The notes beneath the pieces were generated by a model. That model did not search any database. It saw only the letters and a program-made list of their open reading frames with translations, and was not told the DNA's origin. Shown here one piece after another: positions 18,388-27,259 of a DNA stretch of 32,000 bases. Position 1 is the stretch's first letter; each line of letters starts with the position of its first letter. Source of the stretch: Xanthomonas campestris pv. campestris str. ATCC 33913 (GTDB lineage Bacteria; Pseudomonadota; Gammaproteobacteria; Xanthomonadales; Xanthomonadaceae). Where the stretch lies: assembly GCF_000007145.1 (NCBI RefSeq), contig NC_003902.1, forward strand, positions 1,297,436 through 1,329,435, in the 5' to 3' direction. The position numbers and the translations under genes were made by a program.

Positions 18388-19584
18388 ATGTTGGGATACC
18401 TCAGTCATACGCGCGTCCTGCGCTTCGCCGGCCTGTTCACCTGGGCGATGATCGCCATGCCGTTGGTGTACACGTATTGGCCCGCCGCCGAAGAGGGAGA
18501 CCATCGCAGTGCGGCGGAAGGTCTGCTGATGTCGACGTTCTTCGTTGGCTTTGGCGCCAGCTACTTCTGGCTGACCCGTGGTTTGAGGGGGGGCGGACAC
18601 GCCCATTGGTACGACCGGCTGATCCTGCTGCTGCTCACGATCTTTGCGCTGGCGGTCAGCTATCTGAGCGGAACCGGGCTGGGCAGCATCCTGATGATGG
18701 TGGCCGCCGGTGTGATCCCCTGGTTGCTACCGCTGCGTATCGGGGTGGCCTGGCTGGTGCTCAGCCAGCTGGCCGTGCTGCCGGTTTTCTATTATTTGCG
18801 CCCGGATTTCACCTTGTTCGCTGCGTTGATGCAGTCGCTGCTGTATGGCGGCTTTTCGATGTTCATCTTCGTGACCAGCCTGGTCGCGCGCCAGCAGACC
18901 GATGCGCGCGAAGAACAGCGCCGGCTCAATGCGGAACTGCGTGCCACCCGCGCGCTGCTGGCCGAAAGCGCGCGCATCAACGAGCGCACCCGCATCTCGC
19001 GCGAGCTGCACGACCTGCTCGGTCATCACCTCACTGCGCTGAGCCTCAATCTGGAAGTGGCCGGCCACATCACCGAGGGCCAGGCGCAGGAACACGTACG
19101 CCAGGCCCATACCCTGGCCAAGCTGCTGCTCACCGACGTGCGCGAAGCGGTCAGTCAGCTGCGCGACAGTGGCGCCATCGATCTGGAAGCGGCGCTACGC
19201 CCATTGGTGACCCAGGTGCCGTCGCTGGATATCCATCTGGACATCGGTCAGCCATTGACCCTGGACGACCCCGAACGCGCGCATGTGCTGCTGCGCTGTA
19301 CCCAGGAAATCATCACCAACGCGGTGCGCCACGCCGGCGCGCGCAATCTGTGGATCCAGGTGCGCCGCGATGCGGACACCGTGTTGATCGATGCGCGCGA
19401 CGACGGCCAGGGTGCCGACGCGGTCGCGCCCGGCAATGGCCTGCGCGGCATGCGCGAACGCCTGAACCAGTATGGTGGACAGCTCGAGATTCAAACCCGG
19501 CGGGGTGACGGCTTTTGCCTGCGCATCTCCGTTCCAGGCGCGCCGGCACTGATGCCCGCGGCCATTACTCAAGGAGTGTCGTGA
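18388..19584 (+). CDS. sensor histidine kinase, HisKA_3 (NarX/DesK-type) with a membrane-embedded sensor
   Basis: About 5-6 TM helices with no large periplasmic loop. H-box RISRELHDLLGHHLTAL. ATPase motifs NAVRHAGA and GNGLRGMRERL. Confidence 0.85.
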   Translation: MLGYLSHTRVLRFAGLFTWAMIAMPLVYTYWPAAEEGDHRSAAEGLLMSTFFVGFGASYFWLTRGLRGGGHAHWYDRLILLLLTIFALAVSYLSGTGLGSILMMVAAGVIPWLLPLRIGVAWLVLSQLAVLPVFYYLRPDFTLFAALMQSLLYGGFSMFIFVTSLVARQQTDAREEQRRLNAELRATRALLAESARINERTRISRELHDLLGHHLTALSLNLEVAGHITEGQAQEHVRQAHTLAKLLLTDVREAVSQLRDSGAIDLEAALRPLVTQVPSLDIHLDIGQPLTLDDPERAHVLLRCTQEIITNAVRHAGARNLWIQVRRDADTVLIDARDDGQGADAVAPGNGLRGMRERLNQYGGQLEIQTRRGDGFCLRISVPGAPALMPAAITQGVS

Positions 19585-20225
19585 TGATCCGTGTGTGCCT
19601 GGTCGATGACCAAACCTTGGTACGGCAGGGCATCCGCTCGCTGCTGGCCCTGGACGCCGGGATCGAGGTGGTGGCCGAGGCGGCCGATGGCCGGCAGGCG
19701 GTGGAGCAGATTCCGCAGATCCAGCCGGACGTGGTGCTGATGGACATGCGCATGCCGGTGATGTCCGGCCTGGAAGCGCTGCAGATGCTCTCGCGCAACG
19801 GCACCTTGCCGCCGACCATCATCCTGACCACCTTCGACGACGACCAACTGGTGCTGGCCGGGCTCAAGGCCGGCGCCAAGGGCTACCTGCTCAAGGACGT
19901 TTCGCTGGAGCAATTGGTCGGCGCGATCCGCACCGTGGCCGACGGCGGCTCGCTGGTGCAGCCGGCGGTGACCCAGCGCCTGCTGTCGGGCCTGGAGCAC
20001 ATGCGCAACGAGTTCGTCAGCCTCGACCGGCCCGACCCGCTCACCGACCGCGAGACCGAGATCCTGCGCCTGATGGCCAGCGGCTTTTCCAACAAGGAGA
20101 TCGCCAATTCGCTGGGCGTGGCGGAGGGGACGATCAAGAATCACGTGTCCAACATCCTGTCCAAGCTGGGCGTGCGCGACCGCACCCGGGCGGTGCTGAA
20201 GGCGTTCGAGCTGCAGCTGGTCTGA
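19584..20225 (+). CDS. NarL/FixJ (LuxR-type HTH) response regulator
   Basis: AAGGAG at 19571-19576. ATG 19584 shares one base with the kinase stop (TGATG). Receiver motif VVLMDMRMP. HTH: LTDRETEILRLMASGFSNKEIANSLGVAEGTIKNHVSNILSKLGV. Confidence 0.9.
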   Translation: MIRVCLVDDQTLVRQGIRSLLALDAGIEVVAEAADGRQAVEQIPQIQPDVVLMDMRMPVMSGLEALQMLSRNGTLPPTIILTTFDDDQLVLAGLKAGAKGYLLKDVSLEQLVGAIRTVADGGSLVQPAVTQRLLSGLEHMRNEFVSLDRPDPLTDRETEILRLMASGFSNKEIANSLGVAEGTIKNHVSNILSKLGVRDRTRAVLKAFELQLV

Positions 20226-20529
20226 GCCACAGGATGCCCGGCCCGGCGCAGCGCGCCGTGCGTTCGCGTGCGCGCAAGCCAATGGCTTGCAAGCAGCGCC
20301 CGCTCACCCTGTCCAAGCTGGGCGTGCGCGACCGCACCCGGGCAGTGCTGAAGGCGTTCGAGCTGCAGCTGGTCTGAGCACAGGATGCCCGGCCCGGCGC
20401 AGCGCGCCGTGCGTTCGCGGGCGCGCAAGCCAGTGGCTTGCAAGCAGCGCCCGCTCACCCTGTCCAAGCTGGGCGTGCGCGACCGCACCCGGGCAGTGCT
20501 GAAGGCGTTCGAGTTGCAGCTGGTCTGAG
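20156..20529. repeat. tandem repeat of about 151 bp, 2.5 copies, beginning inside the regulator's last 23 codons
   Basis: Copies are at 20156-20307 (152 bp), 20308-20458 (151 bp) and 20459-20529 (71 bp, partial). Copies 1 and 2 differ by 3 substitutions and one 1-bp indel. Each copy begins with the coding 3' end (SKLGVRDRTRAVLKAFELQLV*), and each full unit continues with about 80 bp of downstream sequence containing the palindrome GCAAGCCA-(A/G)-TGGCTTGC. Confidence 0.95.
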
Positions 20530-20893
20530 GGTACGGAACCCCGGCGTGCAGGGTGTCGGTGCACGCTGGCACCGCGTCTGGCCGATGCGCTTGTTCATCG
20601 CGGCGCAGTCGTCTACAAGTGAACGGAACAGGCTGCCTACCCGCAATGGCGAGGGAGTGCGTCCCGTGCATCACACGCGCTCGCGTCATCGCGTGCATGA
20701 TGTCCGCGCGCAATCGCTGCAAACCCTTGTCCAGGTTGCGATTGCGCCTTTGCACCACGCGGCGCGAGCGCGCGGATGACACCGCAGGACCGCGCTACCC
20801 GTCGCACAACTGAACATCTTTCTCGAAGCCTGCTAGGATGGCGGCTTCGCTTCACTCAACCCGGCCGTGGGATCGGCCCCGGAGACCTCCTGA

Positions 20894-22075
20894 ATGACCC
20901 GTATTATCGAGTTCCTGATCGCCTTGGGGATCGTGGCTGGCTTGTTTGTCGTGGTGGGCTTGGTGTTGCCCTCGGAGCGGCAGATGTCCGAGAGTGTCGA
21001 GACCAACCGCAGGATGACGATTGTTTACGACACCGTGAACAGCTTCCGTCGTTTCAAGGATTGGAACCCGCTTGTGCTGCGTGATCCCAAGATCCAGCTG
21101 AAGCTGGCCGGCCCGGAAGAGGGCAAGGGTGCACGCGTTGAATACAGCTCCACTGAAGGCTACATCGGTCAGGGCAGCTGGGAGATCACCAACAGCGTCA
21201 AGAACGAGCGCGTTGAGATCTCGATCGAAGATCCCACCAAGGGCTACGACAAGGTCACCAACTTCACGTTGAAGCCGACCGGCAAGAACAACAAGAACGT
21301 GCGCATCACCCAGGACTACAGCGTCAAGTACGGCTGGAACCTGTTTGGTCGCTACGCGGGCTTGTACGTCAGCCGGCATGTCGGCGATGACCTGAAGCTG
21401 GGTCTGTCGCGCCTGGCCACCGCACTGGCCACCGTGCCGAACTTCGACTACCGCGCCGAGCTGGAAGGCAAGCCGGTGTTGAGCGATCTCAAGCTCGTCG
21501 ATGTGCCTGCCGAGGACCTGCTGGTCGTCACCGCCGGCAACATCGATCGCGACAACGAGACGATCAAGAAGTCGATCAAGGACAACCAGGAGTGGATCAA
21601 GCGCGTCATGGATTCCAATGGCCTCGAGCCGTCGGGTCCGGTGCGGATCGTCACCACCGACTTCGCCACCGACAAGTACGCGTTTGACGTCGTGCAGCCG
21701 GTGCGCAAGAAGGCCGGCGGCGCTGCCAAGACCGACGCCAAGGCCGACACCGCCAAGGCTGACGACAAGAAGGACGACGCCGCTGCTGCTGCACCTGTCG
21801 ACGCAACCCCGGTTGCCGCGACGGGTGAAGAGTTGAAGGTCAACATCCCGACCGAAGCACCGGTGAAGTACGAGCGCACCAAGGCGCACCGTTCCGCGTT
21901 CGCAACCTACGCAGGCCACATGGCCGGCCTGGATGCAGTGCGTAACTCGCTGCGCGCTTGGGCTGCCACCAGCGGCAACGACGTGACCGAGCGTCCGTAC
22001 GAGTCGTGGAAGGGTGGGGTGGACAAGTCGTTCACGCAGGACGGTACCTACGACGTCTACTGGGCCATCAAGTAA
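20894..22075 (+). CDS. membrane-anchored SRPBCC-like / GyrI-like two-domain protein (hypothetical)
   Basis: GGAG lies upstream of ATG 20894. An N-terminal TM anchor is followed by a domain resembling the polyketide-cyclase/SRPBCC fold, a Lys/Ala/Asp-rich linker and a C-terminal small-molecule-binding-like domain. The family assignment is from general appearance only. Confidence 0.5.
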   Translation: MTRIIEFLIALGIVAGLFVVVGLVLPSERQMSESVETNRRMTIVYDTVNSFRRFKDWNPLVLRDPKIQLKLAGPEEGKGARVEYSSTEGYIGQGSWEITNSVKNERVEISIEDPTKGYDKVTNFTLKPTGKNNKNVRITQDYSVKYGWNLFGRYAGLYVSRHVGDDLKLGLSRLATALATVPNFDYRAELEGKPVLSDLKLVDVPAEDLLVVTAGNIDRDNETIKKSIKDNQEWIKRVMDSNGLEPSGPVRIVTTDFATDKYAFDVVQPVRKKAGGAAKTDAKADTAKADDKKDDAAAAAPVDATPVAATGEELKVNIPTEAPVKYERTKAHRSAFATYAGHMAGLDAVRNSLRAWAATSGNDVTERPYESWKGGVDKSFTQDGTYDVYWAIK

Positions 22076-22105
22076 TCGTTTCACCACGATGATGTGATCC
22101 AGACG

Positions 22106-22140
22106 AAAACGCGCCGCATCCTTGCGGCGCGTTTTTTTTT
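22106..22140 (+). terminator. rho-independent terminator
   Basis: Stem acgcgccgca / tgcggcgcgt with loop tcct, followed by a T9 run. Confidence 0.85.
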
Positions 22141-22171
22141 GCGCTGCGGCGCTGCCTTTGGAACTGCCACC

Positions 22172-22543
22172 ATGTCGTTGCCTGATCGTCGCAAGAAACA
22201 TCCTTCGCTCCTGGCCTTTGTGGGAGCGCTGCTGGCCGCCGCCGCAGTGGGGCTATCGGCCTACGCCTCGCATGGTGTGGCCGATGCGCTGGTGCAATCG
22301 CGCCTGCAACTGGCCGCGCTGTACGCCTTCGGCCATGGCGCCGTGTTGGTGGTGCTGGGCGGTGCTGAGACCCGCGCGCTGGGCCGCATCGGCCTGTACC
22401 TGCTGTTGCTTGGCACCCTGCTGTTTGCCGGCAGCCTGGTTGGCGGCGCGTTGCTGCACTGGCCCACCAGCCTGGCGCCGATCGGCGGGGTCAGCCTGAT
22501 GCTGGGCTGGGTGGTGCTGGCGATCGGTGCGTTGAGGCGCTGA
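22172..22543 (+). CDS. DUF423-family small membrane protein
   Basis: ATG 22172 lies downstream of the terminator, whereas the longer ORF start at 22094 would span it. There are four hydrophobic helices with the pattern HG...LAALYAFGHG...LFAGSL typical of YgdD/DUF423 proteins. Confidence 0.6.
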   Translation: MSLPDRRKKHPSLLAFVGALLAAAAVGLSAYASHGVADALVQSRLQLAALYAFGHGAVLVVLGGAETRALGRIGLYLLLLGTLLFAGSLVGGALLHWPTSLAPIGGVSLMLGWVVLAIGALRR

Positions 22544-22544
22544 G

Positions 22545-23219
22545 ATGCCACGTCACGCCCGCGGCTTCGATGTGGAGATGGCCTTCACCCATCTGGCGCG
22601 CAGTGATCGCGCGCTGGGGGCCTGGATGAGACGCATCGGCCCGATCGCACCGCAGCCGGGATGGCGCAAGCCGTTCGATCCGGTGGACGCACTGGCGCGC
22701 GCCATCTTGTTTCAGCAACTGAGCGGCAAGGCCGCGGCCACCATTGTTGGGCGCGTGGAGGTGGCGATCGGTGCCAGCCGGCTGCATGCCGACACGTTGG
22801 GGCGCGTGGACGATGCGGCGCTGCGCGCCTGCGGCGTGTCCGGCAACAAGGCGCTGGCACTGCGCGACCTGGCGCGGCGCGAGGCACTGGGCGAGATCCC
22901 TTCACTGCGCAAACTCGCCTTCATGGAAGACGACGCCATCGTCGAGGCATTGGTACCGGTCCGTGGCATCGGCCGCTGGACGGTGGAGATGATGTTGATG
23001 TTCCGCCTCGGCCGCCCGGACCTGTTGCCCATCGACGACCTGGGCGTGCGCAAGGGCGCCCAGCGCGTGGACAAACAAGCGCAGATGCCAACGCCGAAGG
23101 AACTCGCCGAGCGCGGCGAGCGTTGGGGGCCGTACCGCACTTACGCCGCGTTCTACCTGTGGAAGATCGCCGACTTCAGTATTGCCGCGAAGGTGCCGAC
23201 GCCGCGTTCGCAGGAATGA
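22545..23219 (+). CDS. alkA: DNA-3-methyladenine glycosylase II (AlkA-type, HhH-GPD)
   Basis: HhH-GPD motif VPVRGIGRWTVEMMLMF with catalytic Asp context PIDDLGVRKG. Confidence 0.8.
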   Translation: MPRHARGFDVEMAFTHLARSDRALGAWMRRIGPIAPQPGWRKPFDPVDALARAILFQQLSGKAAATIVGRVEVAIGASRLHADTLGRVDDAALRACGVSGNKALALRDLARREALGEIPSLRKLAFMEDDAIVEALVPVRGIGRWTVEMMLMFRLGRPDLLPIDDLGVRKGAQRVDKQAQMPTPKELAERGERWGPYRTYAAFYLWKIADFSIAAKVPTPRSQE

Positions 23220-23253
23220 GCGGCCACGCTGCGCACTGCCTGCGCACGCGCCA

Positions 23254-24051
23254 TCAGGCCGGCCACCAGCGCCAATGCCAGGGCTCGTAGACGATGCCGT
23301 GCGGGTTGTCGCGCGGATAGCTCAGCCGAAAACCAAAGCGCCCGGCATGCGTCTGCAGCCACGCGACTGCCGCGGTTGACTCAAAGCTTTCTTCGGCCGG
23401 CGGTTCGCCAGGCGTGCCGATATCCACTGCATCGCCGCTGTGATGTTCGCTGAAACCAGGTGCCGCGTTGACCGCCAGGATCTGCGCAAGCGTCAGGCCG
23501 CGCGCGAACTTGCGTTCGAAGATGCCCAGTTGATAGTCGTGGCTGCGGTAGCCGGAAATGGCATCGAGGACCACGTCTTCGCGCAGCGCGGCCGCACGCA
23601 GTTGCCGCCACGCACGCGCAGCACCGGCGCTGAGCCACAGTGGGCGCGCAAAGCGATCGCGCCCGGCCAGGTGCAGCGCTGCCGGTTCGGCGATCAGGTC
23701 CAGCCCGGTCTGCGCCACATACGCGTCGGCGCCAATGCCCAGCTGTGTCAGACGACGCTGCAGCCCGTCGATCGGCAGCACGGCATCCAGCGCCTGCGTG
23801 GTGCGGCGCGCGCTGGTGTGGAGCAGATCCAGCGCCTCGTCCAGGCCCGGCTCGCGGGCCAGGCGTGGTATCAGTGGCATCAACCCATGCGGCAGCTGCG
23901 CGGCGAGGTACTTGCCATCGCGCTTGCGCCGCAGCAGCCAATCGGCCTGTGCCAATACGCGTGCGTCGGCATTGCTGCGCGCGCGTAGCAGGGCAGCAGG
24001 AAGCAGTTCGATCGCGGTGGTGTTGAGCAGCAGGGTCTGTGTCGGGCGCAT
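23254..24051 (-). CDS. D-alanyl-D-alanine carboxypeptidase family protein (M15B/VanY-like)
   Basis: SGYRSHDYQ ... GFSEHHSGDAVDI ... YEPWHWRW, the zinc-binding H/D/H pattern of VanY-type peptidases. Confidence 0.75.
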   Translation of the reverse strand: MRPTQTLLLNTTAIELLPAALLRARSNADARVLAQADWLLRRKRDGKYLAAQLPHGLMPLIPRLAREPGLDEALDLLHTSARRTTQALDAVLPIDGLQRRLTQLGIGADAYVAQTGLDLIAEPAALHLAGRDRFARPLWLSAGAARAWRQLRAAALREDVVLDAISGYRSHDYQLGIFERKFARGLTLAQILAVNAAPGFSEHHSGDAVDIGTPGEPPAEESFESTAAVAWLQTHAGRFGFRLSYPRDNPHGIVYEPWHWRWWPA

Positions 24052-24190
24052 CGCAACAGGGTAGGGCTAAGCGCGCTGCGCGGCCAGCTGCAGCCGATCC
24101 TGCAGTAGCTGGCACGGCGGCCGGCGTTGCCCGCTGCATGCCACCGTTGCTGCAGTCCCGCCGGGCCGCTGGCGCGATGGCCTCGTCACC

Positions 24191-24370
24191 TCAGAGCTCC
24201 TTCTTGAATACCAGCAACGCCGCACTCAGCGGTGCCGGTATGATGCTGTTGACCAGCTCCCAGCCGAGGTTGCCCGGTTTGGTCAGTTCGGCCTGGAGAT
24301 CCTTGGTCTTGATGCTGCCGATGAACGAGGGCTTCAACTCGAGCGTCAGGTCAGTCCAGCGCTTGCTCAT
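24191..24370 (-). CDS. DUF4177-like small protein (59 aa)
   Basis: Own translation gives MSKRWTDLTLELKPSFIGSIKTKDLQAELTKPGNLGWELVNSIIPAPLSAALLVFKKEL. It is shorter than any protein listed in the ORF track. Its start overlaps the upstream stop in ATGA (24370..24367). Confidence 0.6.
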   Translation of the reverse strand: MSKRWTDLTLELKPSFIGSIKTKDLQAELTKPGNLGWELVNSIIPAPLSAALLVFKKEL

Positions 24371-24546
24371 GCGTGTGGTTCCTTGTCGGCGGGCGGCTTT
24401 GGCAGCCGCCCTGCCTTGCGCAAGGCATCGCGCAATACATATTCGATCTGCGCGTTAAGGCTGCGTAGTTCGTCATCGGACCAGCGCTGCACAGCTGCCA
24501 GCACATCGGCGTTGATGCGCAGCGGGTAGGCCTTCTTTTCGCTCAC
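24367..24546 (-). CDS. ribbon-helix-helix (Arc/MetJ-type) DNA-binding protein (59 aa)
   Basis: Own translation gives VSEKKAYPLRINADVLAAVQRWSDDELRSLNAQIEYVLRDALRKAGRLPKPPADKEPHA, with the beta-strand-helix-helix pattern of Arc-like proteins. The GTG start overlaps the upstream stop in GTGA (24546..24543). Confidence 0.6.
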   Translation of the reverse strand: MSEKKAYPLRINADVLAAVQRWSDDELRSLNAQIEYVLRDALRKAGRLPKPPADKEPHA

Positions 24547-24827
24547 TCGCGCTCACCGCGGCCGCTGTGGCGGCGCAGGTGCATGACCATCGAGACGATC
24601 AAGACGTTGACGCCGATGATCATGCCGATCACCACTGCATAGATTCCGGCGCGGTTGTCGCCGGCCCAGTACAGGCAGGCGGCACCGATCAGGATCACCA
24701 GACTGATCAAGGCCCAGCGCAGGCCCAGGCCGCGTGCGCGGTCGTCGTCGTCCGCACCGATGGAGGCGGCGATCGCCAGTGCGGGCAAGCCGGACAGCGC
24801 GACCACCAACGGCACCATGACATTCAT
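24543..24827 (-). CDS. small membrane protein (94 aa, 3 predicted TM helices)
   Basis: GAGGTG lies upstream of ATG 24827. There are three hydrophobic segments, an acidic loop (GADDDDRARG) and a basic tail. Confidence 0.65.
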   Translation of the reverse strand: MNVMVPLVVALSGLPALAIAASIGADDDDRARGLGLRWALISLVILIGAACLYWAGDNRAGIYAVVIGMIIGVNVLIVSMVMHLRRHSGRGERE

Positions 24828-24836
24828 TGTTTCACC

Positions 24837-25943
24837 TCAATAGAGCGAGCCGGTGTTGACCACCGGTTGGGTGCCGCGATCAGAACACAACACGGTAAGC
24901 AGGTTGCTGACCATATGCGCCTTGCGCTCTTCGTCCAACTGCACCACGCCGTTTTTCTGCAACTCGGCCAGTGCCATCTCCACCATCCCCACGGCGCCGG
25001 CCACGATGCGCGAGCGTGCGGCAATCACCGCATTGGCCTGCTGACGCTGCAGCATGGCCTGGGCGATTTCCGGTGCGTAGGCGAGGTGGCTGATGCGCGC
25101 CTCGATCACGTCCACGCCGGCCTGGGTCAGGCGCTCGTCCAGATGCCGCTTGAGTTGTTCGCTGATCTCGGCCGGGTGGCTGCGCAGCGAAATCTGGCCT
25201 TCCTCATGCTGGTCGTACGGATAGCTGGTGGCCATCGCGCGCAACGCGGCTTCGGACTGGATGTGCACGAAGCTTTCGTAGTCGTCCACGTTGTACACCG
25301 CCTCAGAAGCATCCATCACCTGCCACACGATCACGGCCGCGATCTCGATCGGGCTGCCGTCGAGTTCATTGACCTTGAGCCGGCCGCTTTCGAAATTACG
25401 CACGCGCTGGCTGATCCGCTTCTTTGCATACTGGTCGTACGGATAGCTGGTGGCCATCGCGCGCAACGCGGCTTCGGACTGGATGTGCACGAAGCTTTCG
25501 TAGTCGTCCACGTTGTACACCGCCTCAGAAGCATCCATCACCTGCCACACGATCACGGCCGCGATCTCGATCGGGCTGCCGTCGAGTTCATTGACCTTGA
25601 GCCGGCCGCTTTCGAAATTACGCACGCGCTGGCTGATCCGCTTCTTTGCATAGAAGGGGCTGTTCCAGCGCAGGCCTGGGTCCTTCACGGTGCCGACGTA
25701 CTTGCCGAACAGGCTCAGCACCGCGGCCTGATTCGGTTCCAGGGTGTACAGGCCGGCGAAGAAAAAGATCCCGACCACCACGACTGCGAGCGCCGCGATG
25801 AAGCTGGCCGGCGTGATGCTCGCGGCGGAAATTGCACTGAGCAAATACCAGGACATGCCCGCGAACGCGGCGCCCACGGCAAGGATGATGGGGATGCCTG
25901 CCAACGAGCCGATCGGCTTCTCTTTCATGAGGAGGGAGTCCAT
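24837..25943 (-). CDS. SPFH/Band-7 (stomatin/flotillin-like) domain membrane protein carrying an internal 74-aa duplication
   Basis: N-terminal TM helices are followed by the SPFH core ([30 protein letters not shown]...[24 protein letters not shown]). The start is uncertain: ATG 25943 is chosen, with TTG 25967 and ATG 25928 as alternatives. Confidence 0.8.
   Translation of the reverse strand: MDSLLMKEKPIGSLAGIPIILAVGAAFAGMSWYLLSAISAASITPASFIAALAVVVVGIFFFAGLYTLEPNQAAVLSLFGKYVGTVKDPGLRWNSPFYAKKRISQRVRNFESGRLKVNELDGSPIEIAAVIVWQVMDASEAVYNVDDYESFVHIQSEAALRAMATSYPYDQYAKKRISQRVRNFESGRLKVNELDGSPIEIAAVIVWQVMDASEAVYNVDDYESFVHIQSEAALRAMATSYPYDQHEEGQISLRSHPAEISEQLKRHLDERLTQAGVDVIEARISHLAYAPEIAQAMLQRQQANAVIAARSRIVAGAVGMVEMALAELQKNGVVQLDEERKAHMVSNLLTVLCSDRGTQPVVNTGSLY
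25209..25652. repeat. perfect 222-bp direct tandem duplication (2 copies) inside the SPFH CDS
   Basis: 25209-25430 and 25431-25652 are identical on base-by-base comparison. The duplication is in frame and repeats [74 protein letters not shown]. Confidence 0.95.
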
Positions 25944-25959
25944 GTGGGTTCGTGAGAAA

Positions 25960-25976
25960 GATATCAAAGTGATATC
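25960..25976. promoter_or_regulatory. candidate operator: perfect inverted repeat GATATCA-N3-TGATATC
   Basis: It sits in the only AT-rich patch of the SPFH/purT divergent intergenic region, 17 bp upstream of ATG 25943. Function is inferred only. Confidence 0.3.
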
Positions 25977-26056
25977 AGATTATTCAAGGGCTGCCGCCAT
26001 CTGCGGCAATCGCGCGTTCGTTAAAATGGCGGCCCCTCCCGATCTGGACCGCGCTC

Positions 26057-27259
26057 ATGACCACTCTCGGCACGCCGTTGTCGCCTTCCGCCACCCGTGT
26101 GCTGTTGCTGGGCTCGGGCGAACTGGGCAAGGAGGTCGCCATCGAGCTGCAGCGCTTCGGGGTGGAAGTGATTGCCGCCGATCGGTATGCCAACGCACCG
26201 GCCATGCAGGTGGCGCATCGTTCGCACGTGCTGGACATGCTCGACCCGCAAGCCTTGCGGGCGCTGATCGCGCAGGAGCAGCCGCACCTGATCGTGCCGG
26301 AGATCGAAGCCATCCACACCGAGACCCTGGTAGCGCTGGAGCACGAGCAGGGGCAGAAGGTGATCCCCACCGCGCGTGCCGCGCGTCTGACCATGGACCG
26401 CGAAGGCATCCGTCGCCTGGCTGCCGAAACCCTGGGCCTGCCGACCTCGCCCTACCGCTTTGTCGACACCGCCGCCGAGTATCGCGAGGCGATCGCCACA
26501 GTCGGGCTGCCGTGCGTGGTCAAGCCGGTGATGTCGTCCTCGGGCAAAGGCCAGAGCACGCTGCGCAGCGAGGCGGACATCGACGCAGCCTGGGACTACG
26601 CGCAAACGGGCGGACGCGCCGGCGCCGGCCGCTGCATCGTCGAAGGCTTCATCGATTTCGATTACGAGATCACCCTGCTGACCGTGCGCCATGCCGGTGG
26701 CACCTCGTTCTGCGACCCGATCGGACATTGGCAGAAAGATGGCGACTACCGCGAAAGCTGGCAGCCGCAGCCGATGTCGGCCGCGGCGCTGCGCCGCTCG
26801 CAGGAGATTGCACAGGCAATCACTGATGAGCTGGGCGGCTGGGGGTTGTTTGGCGTGGAGCTGTTCGTCAAGGGCGACGAGGTGTGGTTCAGCGAAGTCT
26901 CGCCGCGCCCGCACGACACCGGCCTGGTCACGCTGGTGTCGCAGGAACTGAGCGAGTTCGCGCTGCACGCGCGCGCCATTCTGGGCCTGCCGGTCGGAGC
27001 GGAGAACGGCGGCGTGATCCGTCAGAGCGGTCCCTCCGCATCGTGCGCGCTATTGGCGCATGGCAACGGCGTGCCGGTGTTCGACAACGTGGCCGAGGCC
27101 TTGCGCGACCCGGACACCGCGCTGCGCCTGTTCGGCAAGCCGCGCGTGGACGGTCATCGCCGGGTTGGCGTGACGCTGGCGCGCGCCGGCAGCATCGATG
27201 CGGCGCGCGAGAAAGCGCGCGTGGCTGCCGCGGCGCTGACGATTCAGCTTCGCGATTAA
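26057..27259 (+). CDS. purT: formate-dependent phosphoribosylglycinamide formyltransferase (GAR transformylase 2)
   Basis: [44 protein letters not shown]... The ATP-grasp core is [14 protein letters not shown], and the 400-aa length is typical of PurT. Confidence 0.93.
   Translation: MTTLGTPLSPSATRVLLLGSGELGKEVAIELQRFGVEVIAADRYANAPAMQVAHRSHVLDMLDPQALRALIAQEQPHLIVPEIEAIHTETLVALEHEQGQKVIPTARAARLTMDREGIRRLAAETLGLPTSPYRFVDTAAEYREAIATVGLPCVVKPVMSSSGKGQSTLRSEADIDAAWDYAQTGGRAGAGRCIVEGFIDFDYEITLLTVRHAGGTSFCDPIGHWQKDGDYRESWQPQPMSAAALRRSQEIAQAITDELGGWGLFGVELFVKGDEVWFSEVSPRPHDTGLVTLVSQELSEFALHARAILGLPVGAENGGVIRQSGPSASCALLAHGNGVPVFDNVAEALRDPDTALRLFGKPRVDGHRRVGVTLARAGSIDAAREKARVAAAALTIQLRD

Noticed and set aside
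20156-20529. Possible CRISPR array
   Set aside because: The units are about 151 bp and directly abutting with no unique spacers. They include a gene's 3' end, and there are no cas genes in the window.
20141-20782. 213-aa minus-strand ORF with internally repeated peptide segments
   Set aside because: It is an artefact of reading through the 151-bp tandem repeat in an antisense frame, with no start context or motifs.
24567-26968. Plus-strand ORF 24567..25955 (462 aa) and minus-strand ORF 26021..26968 (315 aa)
   Set aside because: They are antisense shadows of the SPFH operon and purT respectively. The repeated peptide in the first merely reflects the 222-bp duplication.
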